Source: Octopus bimaculoides (taxonomy: Eukaryota). From it: a DNA stretch of 36,835 nt. The notes below the pieces were generated by a model, which was not told where the DNA came from, searched no databases, and saw only the letters and a program-made list of their open reading frames with translations. Below, one piece after another: positions 11,711-24,348 of this stretch (the stretch's first letter is position 1; the number at the start of each line of letters is the position of its first letter). The stretch covers positions 69,221,992 to 69,258,826 of the forward strand of contig NC_068981.1 in assembly GCF_001194135.2 (NCBI RefSeq). The letters run 5' to 3'. Both the position numbers and the translations under genes were made by a program.

Positions 11711-12946
11711 GGTATGTCATTAAGAATGACATGTCCAACTTTCTTATACCCTAAATTTGACAGTCGTTAACTCTAATGTTTTATTCTGACAATTCTTTAT
11801 TTTACGACATTGACGCGTTACATGAATCACTTCTCGAAATGCAATTCATGGTGTCTGATTTATTATATTGTGAGTTTTCTCTTGCCAATCAATTTTTGTG
11901 AGCCCATGGATAGATCAAACATTTGTGTTGTTTATGAGTATGAGTTCCGTCATGGAACCAATGTACCCCAGACAGGTGTTTGGTGAAGATGTGGCGAATG
12001 AGCGCATTGTACGTCGATGTTTATAGAATGTCCGATCTGGTGACTTTACTCTTGAAAATCAGCCCCGTGGTAGACCTGAGACCTAGGTGGATAATGATGA
12101 GTTGGAAACTGTTGTGCAAGCGGAAACATCTCAAACTACACATGGGTTAGCGGCCAGGTTTTATGTTTGGATTCAAACTGTATTGGACCATTAGAAGCAA
12201 GTCGGAAGAGTAAAGAAGTTGGACAAGTTGTACCACACAAACTGAACGAGCATCAAATAAAACGTAGTCTTAAAACTTAATATTCTTTGCAGTCACGACA
12301 TAAAAGCAAACCAAGTTTCCATGGTATTGTTACGTGTGATGAAAACTGGATCATTTTTAACAATAGCAAGCGTCCTGCACTGTGGTTGGATAGAGACGAA
12401 ATGCCAAACACAATCCCCCCCCCCCCCAAATATTCACATAAAAATAGTGTCCGGCGCTTCATGAGAGCTGGTAAGTCAACTACAGTAGATGCAAACATCA
12501 ACCTATTGGATGAAATGACAGGTGAACTTGCAATTGAACAACCGTGATTGGTCAATAGAGACAGACCAATTCTCTTGCAAGACAATGCTCGACCACATGT
12601 TGCATAAAGAATGCTACTCAAGTTACAGCAACTGAACTTAGAAGTACTCTATCATCCACCATTTTCATCATACCTTGCACCAACGTACTATCACGTTTTC
12701 CAGGCATTAGACAATTTTTTGCAAGGAAAAAACTTCAAATCACAAGAAGATGCAAACGCAGCTGTTTGTGATTTCACCGCCTGTTGCTCTCCAGAATTCT
12801 TCGCTGCCAGCATAAATAAGCTACCGATAAAATGGCAAAATTGTGTTGATAATTTAAGGGCATACTTTGAAGAACTGCATTACTTTTTATTGAGATAAAA
12901 TGAAATAAACTTTGGGTTCAAAATCGGACATTTCACTCTTAATGAC

Positions 12947-12952
<6 letters not shown>
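11711..12952 (+). mobile_element. Full-length but dead mariner (Tc1/mariner, D,D34D type) with both TIRs
   Basis: TIR cores 11716-11742 (gtcattaagaatgacatgtccaacttt) and 12920-12946 are reverse complements with 4 mismatches in 27. Transposase starts at ATG 11906 (MDRSNICVVYEYEFRHG) and contains a decayed WVPHxL motif, IVTCDENWI, ILLQDNARPH and HPPFSSYLAPTYYHVF (YSPDLAP-like). Multiple stops and frameshifts; ~1.24 kb. Confidence 0.92.
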
Positions 12953-12978
<26 letters not shown>

Positions 12979-13221
12979 NNNNNNNNNNNNNNNNNNNNNN
13001 NNNNNNNNNNNNNNNNNNNNNNNNNNNNNNNNNNNNNNNNNNNNNNNNNNNNNNNNNNNNNNNNNNNNNNNNNNNNNNNNNNNNNNNNNNNNNNNNNNNN
13101 NNNNNNNNNNNNNNNNNNNNNNNNNNNNNNNNNNNNNNNNNNNNNNNNNNNNNNNNNNNNNNNNNNNNNNNNNNNNNNNNNNNNNNNNNNNNNNNNNNNN
13201 NNNNNNNNNNNNNNNNNNNNN

Positions 13222-13276
<55 letters not shown>

Positions 13277-13300
13277 TATATGTATGTATGTGTGTGTGTA
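12950..13300. repeat. (TA)n microsatellite spanning assembly gap 12979-13221
   Basis: TA repeats on both sides of the N run. Confidence 0.95.
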
Positions 13301-13304
13301 TGAA

Positions 13305-14160
13305 CCTGTGCATTTTAAACATTAAATGGAGTTCTGTTACTCCAAACACAGATGTCGTTGCATCTGCGGGCATCACCTCAATTAAAGCAGTGATGCTGTG
13401 GTCATGTTCCTTGAATGGCGGATGAACGCACACCTAAACAGCTGTTTTATGGTGACCTTACAGAAGGGAAACGCTATCGGTGTAAACCTAAAAAAAGGAC
13501 TACGATGAAGTCACTTGGAATGGTCCAGAGGACATAGAATTCCTTGCTTTGGATCGAGCTGGATGGCGAACAAAAGTGTGGAGTTGAGTGAAATCGTTTG
13601 AAGAGGCCAGGATAACGCATACAAAACCCAAGAAAGATTTATAGAAGAATGTTATGATCGAGAAGGTGAAACACGACCTTTTTGTGCACAATCTGTCACA
13701 GAACACGCCTTTCTTTTTCTGCGCTCAAATCTCATTTGCGAACCAATAGAAACTGAACCTCCACTAACAATTATGCCTATATATATGTGCACACCTTTCA
13801 ATGCAATGTATGCCAAAAGGTCTGCAATTCTAACACAGGCCTCAAAAGACATTTAAAGCTCCACAGAGTTTAGAATTTGACTGCGGATCTTTGAAGTCCA
13901 AATCGGATATGCAATCGATGTGGGTGTCTTTTCAAAACTGTTTCTGATTTAAAAAGCCACATCGGATGCCATGATGGTTCTAAGGTGTAGGTACAGATGG
14001 TGGTCAAACTCTACACAAGGAGTAGACCACCACCATGTATGTATGTATGCATATATGGATGTATGGATGTATTTATGTATGTATGTGTGTATGTATGTAT
14101 GCTTGTATATATGTGTGTATGCATGTATGTATGCACCTATATATGCATATTTGCGTGTAG
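13305..14160 (+). mobile_element. RTE-clade LINE 3' end with three C2H2 zinc fingers, a 3' stem-loop and a (TATG)n tail
   Basis: ILNIKWSSVTPNTDVVASAGITSI; GHVP*MADERTPKQLFYGDLTEGKRYRCKPKK; LALDRAGWRTKVWS*VKSFEEARI (RTE post-RT region). Then CTICHRTRLSFSALKSHLRTN (13685), CNVCQKVCNSNTGLKRHLKLH (13802-13864) and CNRCGCLFKTVSDLKSHIGCH (13910-13972), stop at 13988-13990, tail from ~14034. Confidence 0.88.
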
Positions 14161-15485
14161 GAGTATGCCTGGGTGCATGTTTGAGAATGTGTATATGGGT
14201 GTATGTGCTTTGTGTGAGAGGGAATGAAATTGTTGTTTTATATATTTTTTTGTTGTTACTTGTACAGACACATACAAGTTTATGTTGTACTTAGTAAAAT
14301 AATGTTACTTTTTACTTACTGTTATTCTATAAATAAAATGTTACAAATGCTATTTATCTATGGTTAGAAGTTGTGTACATAATGATTTGATACTAATATT
14401 GGATTTCGACCTAAATATGTCGAGTACTCGTTTCTATTATCCTAAGTGTAAAATTCATAATGTGTGCTGCAAAGAAGAACTATGATGTGACTACAAGCAA
14501 TAAACCTTTCCATTTGTATTATGTTGCACATTAGAAATAATTATTTGAAGAAAAACAAAATAGGATGACGTCATAAAAACCAATGAAAGCGATCACCCTC
14601 GGTTTTAGATGACATAACTCATGCAGTCAAATAATGTTAAAGCAGCAAAGATGAGGTATAGGTTTCATTATGATTCCGTAGTCACTTCTCCATTCAAGTA
14701 TTTAATTTTTCATGACAAATTTATAGCACAAAATTGCAATGCAACTCTTAATATAATACGTGTCTGCAGCACACAGATGCTATATTCGACTTAGATAATT
14801 CAGCGCAAGAAAAAGAAAGACAAAAGAGAAAAAAAACATGCCGGTCCTATGGAGGGACTTTTCAGTCACTTGGTTAAGTCCACCCAGTTACGTCACCATA
14901 CAGCGCCATGCTCAGAGCAGTAATGTGGGGAATTCCATCGCTACTAATTTAAGAAACATGCCTCAATGTTCTATATAAACTTGTGATATAGGCTAAAAGA
15001 ACTGCTGTTCTACCCTTTAGGGCTATGTCATGAAAACATGCCAAAGTACATACATACACATACATAAAATATATTAATAGCAGGATTATAATGCGAATCA
15101 GTGTAAGTTACTTTTTTGGAGAATACAGTTATCGTATGAGCTTGTATGATGTGCTATATACTCTCCTGCAATTGTTGAGGCTCAGAGGATAAGAGCTGTT
15201 TTCGTTTGGTCTGTTAGAAGGGTTATTAACAATTGCTGATAGACAAACCTAAACATTATAAAACTGAATGAGAATCAGGTGAGTGTAATGTCGCCACTCC
15301 TAGAATAAAAAAAAGCGAGAAACTTTTATCCTAAGAAAATTTCCAATCTCGAGTCCACTTCTAGGAACACGCAGCCGGCTCTTCCATGATCTTCTAGTGA
15401 TTGGTGTAAATCACTTACCGATGCTCCACTCAATATCATAAGACCATATAAGTTTTCAACATAAAAGACGATATGTAAATATATA

Positions 15486-15585
15486 NNNNNNNNNNNNNNN
15501 NNNNNNNNNNNNNNNNNNNNNNNNNNNNNNNNNNNNNNNNNNNNNNNNNNNNNNNNNNNNNNNNNNNNNNNNNNNNNNNNNNNNN
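15486..15585. other. Assembly gap (N run)
   Basis: N characters. Confidence 1.
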
Positions 15586-18500
15586 GGGGGGGTGTATACA
15601 CATGGATACACATGTGGACACGCACGTTCACATAAACTTGTATACGCAATCATATACACACATAACCTTATCCATAACCTATTGTTTTCATAATCGGTCA
15701 TAATGTCTTACGTTTAAGATGATTCCCATGCTTTCCCTGATGAGAAGGTTACAATTTTAATATCAAAGATCCCTATGGATCACACGAATAAAGTATGCAA
15801 TTATAACATGCGTTTTCTCCAATCCTTAAATTCTGTTTGCCTTTTAACGCTGGCTGTTAAGATACCTGAAAATAAATGAAAGGAATGGAAATGAAATAAC
15901 TAAGTTACATATGGTAGACTGGCGTGGCCAAAACCTATGAAAGTGCGTATGTGTTTTCACACAAACATAGGTATACGCGTGCGCATTCACATACACATAT
16001 ATATGCACACAATTATATCCGCTTTTATGATTATTTTATAGACGCTGTTATATCAAACACGTTGTTAGTCATAACTAATGCTTGTTTTGGTTTGTAATTT
16101 GGCAAGAGAAGTATAGAAATTATTCGATTAAACAGTGTGTATTAGGACGATATACCACCGCAATAAATCTATATTTACATTGTTTAAAGTGGGATACACC
16201 ACCCAAACTTACACAGTTCCAGCTACAGAGGGTGTTAATCTAAGTGTTCATGGCGAGACATGATGGAGATATCCTCTGAATTAAAGCATTTATGTCGTTC
16301 TTATTAATTTCATATATGTTTGTGGCGTAACTGTTGTTCCTGGATGTTCGTGTGACTACACGAGATATCTGTCGTTACATTTTCATTATTCATAGGAAAT
16401 TTGCTATGGTTTATTCGACAGTGTATTTAGTCGACCTAGCAAGCTGTATGTGTTGTTAAGTTTTGTGAGTATGTTTAATACATACAACATATTGCTGTTA
16501 AATAGTGAAAATTTAGAGCGCCTCATTAAATATGTATCCGTCAGGAATGTAGAGTAATGGAATAAGATAATGATATCAAATTGGATGGCTTTGTAGCCCT
16601 ATTGCTATTGAATTATAGAAATATCAAGCAATGGCATAATGTGAGTTTCTAGCAGCACATTCCACGTCAAAACCAAAGAATAACGGACAACCGAAATGAA
16701 CAGAAGCACAAAAGACAGTCATTGTAATGCAACATTGGACTGTATCCAATTGACACGAATGTACTACTAGCAATTACGAAAATCGATATATATAGGGACG
16801 AAAAGCAAAGATTACCTCATAAATTTGTTACTCTCCTTAGAATCCCTGTTGAGAAAGTGGATGGTTAATTCATGTCAGAATGGCAACTATACTGGTGAAA
16901 TGCAAGCAAAACGAAAGTTTCTACGTGATGTCACCAACAGTTAGAAATAGCTGCTAATTCTCGCTCCCGCATAGCGTCTTAGTTCCAGAAAATGTACGAT
17001 TTCGATGAGACGAAATTTGTACAATGTATCGTTAAATCAAAACTGCAATGTGCATGGAGTCAATATTTTGTACTTGTACTGAACATAGTAATTTCCTACA
17101 CAGGAACTTATATTCCTTTAAGGGATAGAGCTTGGTTATCAATGGAAAAAACAGCTGCCAAATTAATTCTAGTGTTGTCCCAAACTCTATGTTCGGTGGT
17201 ACGTAGACTCGCATTGAAGCTACTTCAATGCGACGTCTGCATACACGTAGCCTTAAGAATAAACAGGCATATTCTCCGTTTGTCGATGATTATCGCTCCT
17301 CAGCTCTGTGTCTGATTGAATTGCAGACTTGCTTCAAGTACAAAGCTTGCTTATGTTTTCGTAGTTGTCCTCCATTTGTACTGAATACACTTTGAGACAT
17401 CCACACAAGCAGTATAGAGAGATAGTGGAGAAGGGGAGTTTGTCGATCTCTGCGTTCATTACATTTTACATTGGGAATTTGTCCTCGAGTGGTTATAACT
17501 CAACAGGAATGGACTACTTACGGAACTCCGGATACTAGTTTCTCCGGGAGAAATAAATGGCATTTCCGACTTTTTTCTGTGTCGGGGAATGCCGGTTTTT
17601 ATAGAAAGAAAAGGATCGAGATGATTTGTGTGGGGGAATACGAACCACCTTTGAGCCTTTTGCCCTGTGGTACAGAAAGCACTAAGCTCTCCACCGTTAC
17701 TAGCAACTCCTCAGTATTTGAACACTACAACTAACTCACATCTACCTCTCTCCTCCGACTCAGGCATAACAGAAGCAACGACGACGTTGAAATCGCAACA
17801 AAATTCCTTTGTCAAGGATAAGAGAAAGACTATAACTAAAATAGAAGGCAATCTAATAATAGAAGGCAAATACAAATACGAAAGTTAACAACACTAACGT
17901 CAGAAACTTCAGCATAAGAAAACAGAATTTTACAAATATTTTCACTACTCCAACTTAATAGAAAACACGAAAACAAAAGGAAACACACGAAAAACCAAGT
18001 CACACACTCGGGTACTTATTTCCTTCATCAACTTCACCGCTGTTCAGAAGAGCAAGACTGAATTGATCGAGGATGTAATTACCAAAAATCTTTCTTGCAA
18101 ATAGGAAAGATTTTGCTGAACTCCTCCCGAAAGCTCTATAAGATAGTATGTTAATCCAAAAAGATTCAAATAAGTGCCTGGATTTAAAATGGAAATTCTT
18201 CCCAAGGCACTGGAAGGTTTAGTGAGTACCACCACCAAAAAAAAAACATAACTAGAAAAACGTTTCCTTATTCCTCCCTATACCAAAAGGAAGGTCGTTT
18301 CAACATTCATCTCTCCAGATCAAGGTAAATAACTGAAATTTCTTTTCTCTAAGCTAAATACTTGGAGCAGGCAGTCTAAAGTTGCGAGTACTGTTTGGAC
18401 GCAGGGTCACCGACTCAACCATCTCAAGTATCTTGATTTAGATTTGACCTGCATTAGTGAGACGAGAATTTTGGGGTAACATGCTCTAGCATCCATTTTC

Positions 18501-19574
18501 GAAGACTGCGAGATATTCTCATTTTGTGCTCTGTCGGGAGTGAAGAAGGAATACTCCGAAAATCGTTAACTCTCAACGTAAGGGCAGCTTTCTTGGAACC
18601 AGAAGGTTGGTGAATGGCGGTGAATATGATGCCTTTGGATTGTTGGTCAATTCTGGCTGACAAGCTTCGACTGGATTTCCCTGATGTGCTTGTCTGGACA
18701 TGAAGCAACGATAGCGGATCATCCAGATCGAACTAGATACAGAATTTGTTAGATTAACGGATAGGTTTTAGTAAAGTACCAGTGTAAAATTGGCGTCTCT
18801 ATTAACCGAATTAAACTCCTGCCCATATTTGATAGCCATATGCCAAAACCAGAAAGAACTTTTATCATTTGCATTGGAGGTTAATAATTCGGCACAAAAA
18901 TGCTTGTTAAATTTTGCTGGAAAATATGCTTACCTTTTCTAAATATATAGGAAGATATTAAAGGTGGACCTTCCGTGTTGTTTTCGTGAATCGAACGAAG
19001 AGGGATATTTCATGTGAGACAACAGTGGAAATATTTAGATCAAACCGGTAGATGTTGAGCTAATTCCATATATCATCCATTTGCCCAGTGGTGTACATTT
19101 ACATGTTAATTTTGAAGACAGAAGGTGGAGATATCATTTTTTAGCTCCTGGTGATTACTAAATTTCTAGAAACATGACAATTTGAAAAACCGAACGCCGC
19201 TAGTATTAAGTTAGTGTTAAAGATGCAATGGTGCCGGTTGCCGTTGGTTTCAAAAGCTTATATCTACCAAATTTCATTCAAAACACGTAAGGAGATCCTG
19301 TACTCTGAGTAGAAGGCTACTGTTAAGAGCATTGTGAAATGAGATCAAAACTGTTAATACATACTTGCTGAGCGACATCCTATGCAATAAGTGCTTGCTT
19401 GCATGTAATGTTACTATTAAGCATTTAATTTTTAGCGATCGTGACTTAGATTATAATGTAAACAAATTTGAAGATACTCTCTAATATCTTTCCAGTATGA
19501 AAAAGACGGTACCAAATCGTGCAGATACAGATTCCAATTACTAAAATGGCCTTCCTTATATTTGGCGTTGGGTC

Positions 19575-19790
19575 AATATTCTTTTTGTAATATTTGCAAA
19601 AGATCAGCAATCTTGAGGCGAGGAGGGTGTCCATTTTATCAATCCAAGTGCTCCACTGCTACTCATTTTATTGTCTTCGAAAGGGTGAAAGTCAAATTCG
19701 ACCCAGCAGTATTTGAAGTCAGGAGAAAATGTAACGGAAGCTTAATGCTAATATCAGAAATCATCACCCATCACCAAACCACTTGCAAGG
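19575..19790 (-). mobile_element. Diverged copy of the SINE at 9394-9668
   Basis: Minus strand cttcaaatactgctgggtcgaatttgactttcaccctttcgaagacaataaaatgagtagcag aligns by eye with gttcaaattcatccgaggtcgacttgcctttcatctttcgggaccgaaaaattcagtaccag. Confidence 0.65.
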
Positions 19791-20119
19791 CCATCACGAG
19801 GAGCATGATTCCCTGTTAAAATAATCCCCGTGATTCAGCGTTATATGGGGTATTATCTTCATTAACTACGATTGTCCTTGATATTATATACCTCATTGGC
19901 AGCCGAGTCGTGTTTGATTTGTGGATTTGTGGTTTGTCTTGTACATACGCAGATGGGCTCTGATTGACCACAGCATTCAAGATTTGGTGAATGTATTATT
20001 CTTTTAGTCGTGTTTTTTTTGTTTATGTTTGATAATATTCTATTATGTGTCCTTCAAATTTTAATCCGGTTGCTTAAAATGTGGAAAATTTGCAAAACAT
20101 TTCTAGCAGAACTTGCACG

Positions 20120-20599
20120 AATGACGATGGTGATGATGATGACGATGATGATGATGGAGGCGATGGTGCTGGTGGTGGAAGTAGTGATGCTGTTGCTTGA
20201 TGACGAGGACGATGGCAACATGACCCAACAACACCGGCTCGGTTGAAAATGGTGTTGAAGCAGAGGACGATGAGGGTGGTGACGATGCTGATGTAGATGA
20301 TGACGATTACGATGCTGATGATGATGTTGATGTTGAATACGGGAGGATAATGATGACTATTGTGATCATGATGATTATGATAGTGTCCATGGTGCCAAAA
20401 TTTATAATGCTTATTTGTCTGCTCGTTTACCAGATATTCTGTTTGTTTTATTACATTTATATAGTTATTTATTTATTACATTTCCACTTTGTTCAATCAC
20501 ACGTTTTTGCTTTCGGTTTTATTATTCCGTTAACGTAGTGGTTTCTGGTTTATTGGATAATTAATCACAATTTCATTAGCACATGAATATACAAATTAC

Positions 20600-20644
<45 letters not shown>

Positions 20645-20740
20645 GATGATAATGATGATGATGAGGAGGAGGAGCAGGAGAAGCAGGAGGAGCAGGAGAA
20701 GAAGAAGAAGAAGAAGAAGAAGAAGAAGAAGACGATAAAT
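20120..20740. repeat. Two low-complexity blocks: degenerate (GAT)n (~20120-20370) and compound (AAT)n-(GAT)n-(GAG)n-(GAA)n (~20598-20740)
   Basis: Directly visible. Confidence 0.9.
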
Positions 20741-21210
20741 AAAACAAGTTTGATTGGATTTTAAATGAAGATTAACATTTCTCTCCCTACCATCAACTGT
20801 GAATAATTCTCTCCTGATATTTTTGTTCGTGATCAAATAGTTTTGTTTTAATTTTTTTTTTCTTATTTGCCTGAGTAATTAATAATGAATTCCATTTCAG
20901 TTTCTTTATTCATATGTTTCAAATTTAAGTCAGTTGGAAATTAAAATAAATGACCAAAGTCGAAAGCAATCCAAATAGAGGGATGAGATTTAACTATTAA
21001 TTTATAATTTAGGATTAAATTCGAGGTTTACACGCTTTGCTTGTTTGTTTATTTATATATATATTTTATAGTGGTGGTAGGGGTAATAATTTATTTCCCC
21101 TTTGCGTTCTGCTATGGCAGGAACAGGATGGTAGCTGAGAAGAAGCATTAATTTATTAATGGTGTATAGGTATATAAATAATATTGCAGCCGTTTTGGTA
21201 AGGGGTTTGC

Positions 21211-21306
21211 GTGTTACATTGGGCAAGTGCCTGGTACCATAGCCTCTGGCCAACCAAGGCGTTGTGAGAGAATTTGGTTGACGGAAACAGAAATAATGCC
21301 GCCGTG

Positions 21307-21310
<4 letters not shown>
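21211..21310 (+). mobile_element. SINE central-domain fragment (same family as 25973-26273), followed by (CA)n
   Basis: ttgggcaagtgcctggtaccatagcctctggccaaccaaggcgttgtgagagaatttggttgacggaaacagaaataatgccgccgtgtata aligns with ttgggtaagtgtcttctactatagcctcaggccgaccaaaatcttgtgagtggatttggtgtgcggaaactgaaagaagcccgttgtata at ~26002-26091. Confidence 0.75.
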
Positions 21311-21341
<31 letters not shown>

Positions 21342-21403
21342 GCGCATACAGACACATGCTTACACACACACACACACACGCCCCCCCCACACACAAACAT
21401 ATA

Positions 21404-21446
21404 TACGAGGGGGCACTGAAAAGTTCCTGACTTCAGGTGTATCGCC
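21404..21446 (+). mobile_element. Probable mariner terminal inverted repeat truncated by a gap
   Basis: TA followed by cgagggggcactgaaaagttcctgact, resembling mariner TACGAGGG...AAAAGT ends. The rest of the element would lie in gap 21447-21923. Confidence 0.45.
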
Positions 21447-21923
21447 NNNNNNNNNNNNNNNNNNNNNNNNNNNNNNNNNNNNNNNNNNNNNNNNNNNNNN
21501 NNNNNNNNNNNNNNNNNNNNNNNNNNNNNNNNNNNNNNNNNNNNNNNNNNNNNNNNNNNNNNNNNNNNNNNNNNNNNNNNNNNNNNNNNNNNNNNNNNNN
21601 NNNNNNNNNNNNNNNNNNNNNNNNNNNNNNNNNNNNNNNNNNNNNNNNNNNNNNNNNNNNNNNNNNNNNNNNNNNNNNNNNNNNNNNNNNNNNNNNNNNN
21701 NNNNNNNNNNNNNNNNNNNNNNNNNNNNNNNNNNNNNNNNNNNNNNNNNNNNNNNNNNNNNNNNNNNNNNNNNNNNNNNNNNNNNNNNNNNNNNNNNNNN
21801 NNNNNNNNNNNNNNNNNNNNNNNNNNNNNNNNNNNNNNNNNNNNNNNNNNNNNNNNNNNNNNNNNNNNNNNNNNNNNNNNNNNNNNNNNNNNNNNNNNNN
21901 NNNNNNNNNNNNNNNNNNNNNNN
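21447..21923. other. Assembly gap (N run)
   Basis: N characters. Confidence 1.
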
Positions 21924-21959
21924 CGAACTTATTTATTGTGCTTTTAATTATTAATTTTT

Positions 21960-23344
21960 CTATATGTGATAGTGGATTTTCATCGATGAGTTCTTGAATA
22001 TTTCCATGTCACCTTGGTCGTAACTGATTTTGCCCTATTCAAAAGGGAATTGATCCAACTGACTCGTTAAAAAGTGAATCTCCAAGGATATTTTCACATC
22101 CTCTGAATGGACTAAATTCGGAAAGTTAGCTGAGATTGCTTTGTGATTCAATCGCTGGTTATCTCTGAGACAGTTTCCAACAGCATCATAATTCCGTCGA
22201 TCATCGCCACTCATTGAATCTCTGCACATCCGACTCGTCGTCGGTTTGCGAATGTCTGGTTCAACAAATAGGCCTACTTTAATATTTGCGTAATTTAATC
22301 TATGACAGATATTTTACATCTTCATTGCGCTTCGACACTGGTGATTTCCCAAAATTCTTGGAAATTACAAGTTTAATAAATTGTGGTGGTGTCGTATTTA
22401 GCTCTGTTGAAACTAGTGGTATGTAATGAACGCTTTTACTCCCTAGTATCAATTTATGACATGCTGGGCAATCCTCTCAATTGTAGTGCTCATTTCGGGC
22501 CCGGCTATCCCACAGACATAAGAAGCAGCAAACGTCGTGTAGCCCTTATTCCAGTTAAAAAAACAACTATGATCTTCAAGTCACCTCCAGTTTTCTACTC
22601 AAAATCATGATACCTGATTAAAGACAAATAACACCTTAGTAGTCTCGTTTGGATGTTTTACCTCCCTCAAAAAATCGATTGAAATCCTTCGGTACTTTTT
22701 CCCAACATCGAAAATGACTGACTTTAAGCTTCAACAGTGCTGTCTTGGTTCCTTGTGCTTGGACACCAACTTTTCTGAAAATTGTTTCAGTCAGAAAAGC
22801 ATCATCCTTGGAAATGTCCAGCTTTCAAACAAAATTACCCAGTCGTTTTTGACTTATGTTAGGAATTTCAAAATCCTAATCTATTTGGACTACATATTCA
22901 GCTTTGTCACTAGAAACTTCATCTGACTCAGTCATTGGTTGATTGTTTAGCGCAGGGGGATTTTCATCATCATATGGCTGCGATCTTATAGATGGAAAAT
23001 TAGGACACTTGATATACTATGCAGTTTTTTTTATTGATCCCAGCAAGATAACTTATGCAAAAGTAGCTATCATTAAAATGGTTGCATTCTTCTTTCCATA
23101 CCATTGGAGTTGTAAATGGCATTTGCACTAGTTTGCCGCTTGACCACAAGAGAAATCGATCACTGCAACTTTTTCGTGCACTACGTGGAGCAAAACTTAT
23201 ACTTTAGTCTCCAATTTTCTTTCTGAAGTAATTCTTGTATCCCACTTGTATGAGATGTTTGATGTTTGTTGAATAGTCCTAGAATGCATGCCCCACACAG
23301 ATGCAGCAAAAGTGATCTGGGTCATTGTGACATACACAACACAT
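21960..23344 (-). mobile_element. Decayed, near-complete Chapaev3-like (CMC group) DNA transposase
   Basis: Colinear motifs across frameshifts: MCCVCHNDPDHFCCIC (ATG 23344); YKNYFRKKIGD*SISFAP; MPFTTPMVWKEECNHFNDSYFC; SLKSVIFDVGKKY; GGDLK; CFLCLWDSRARNEHY; PPQFIKLVISKNFGK; IKVGLFVEPDIRK; SLEIHFLTSQLDQFPFE*GKISYDQG. These match recalled Chapaev3 motifs (MPFAVPMVWREP.DH..DCYFC; CFLCLWDSR; PPLHIKLGLMK; SLKIHFLHSHLDFFP.NLG.VSDEQG). Confidence 0.78.
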
Positions 23345-23699
23345 TGAAACAAATTGGAGTGGAGAAATAATATACAGCAGTCTACAGTGAAATAAGCAAT
23401 TACCAATTTGATGGAAGTCACAATAATATGCGTAATATGCATTTAAATCAAAGGGTTCTAAAATAGACATAATCTAATATGTATTATCTCTACATTTAGA
23501 GGTATCACACTGAGAACGTTCTCAAAATAAACATAACCTAATGTGCGTTTTTTCTACTTTACCTTTCTTCCATTAAATGCTGTCACAAAACAAATGACAT
23601 TATTAAAAGAAAAACAGGAACGCTTGACATACTGCATGCTAAATTACATTTTTTTTTTCTGAATGTTATAGAGAGGAGTATATTGTAGATCAAAATCTC

Positions 23700-24345
23700 G
23701 ATCTGATGGCGCAAAAGTCACTTCAAATTAAGAGAGAACATCCTGTATGTACATTGTCTTTCGATACAGAAACATTTCACTTTGTCATGCCGCATAATTA
23801 CTCTAATTTGTATTCCGCGGGTGTACTTCCTTTCACCACCTCATCTTCTAATTTCCTTTTCCATATCTTTTTAACCGTTATATTTCCTTATGTCCGACAG
23901 TTTGTTAGAGCATCAATGTCATATTTTGTTTGGAAAATTATCATACACTTGCATAACGTCGACATCTTATCAACGAGACATCAGCGTGATGTAATATTTC
24001 CATCAACACAAGCTCCACGCTATCCTAAAACACAAATTCAAGGAGTACTTAACCAATGGGAGAAAGATTTCCTCGTCAAATTCTCTTCGATGAAGTAATC
24101 TCTGGAAAAGCGCATGAGGTTGTCCTCTCCACTGTTATAAATACTAGCTACACTAAGCCTTCAAGTGGAACTGAGACAAAAGACTGTGAAAATCTAGCCT
24201 GGAAGCAGTCTAGTTGGTGCCAAGCTCTCATGATGGGGATTTAAATGTTTGAAATTAAAACAAAATTCGAAGTAAAAGAAAAAGAAGACAGGATGCAAGA
24301 ACAGCAACCGCATTAACTGTCAGCTCTTCATTCTCATATCTGCTG
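23700..24345 (+). mobile_element. Second, older RTE LINE 3' fragment
   Basis: MGERFPRQILFDEVISGK...DCENLAWKQSSWCQALMMGI*MFE matches RTE (M.DER.PKQILFGEL..GK; W..LA.DRS.WR). Upstream VCTLSFDTETF resembles LSTLLYGSETW. Confidence 0.65.
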
Positions 24346-24348
24346 CCG

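Noticed and set aside
14566-14584. CRE palindrome TGACGTCA next to CCAAT
   Set aside because: Short motifs expected by chance; no linked gene start.
15243-15278. 36-nt AG..GTGAGT segment coding TNLNIIKLNENQ (LRR-like)
   Set aside because: Poor acceptor, too short to be significant, and no other LRR exon found.
17209-17598. Three small hairpins (cgcattgaag/cttcaatgcg; ccgga/tccgg; ggcatttccgac/gtcggggaatgcc)
   Set aside because: No ribozyme core, no Helitron-type CTRR end and no RNA-family signature.
18454-18708. IIFTAIHQPS resembles the ABCG H-loop (TIHQP)
   Set aside because: No Walker or signature motifs and no exon boundaries.
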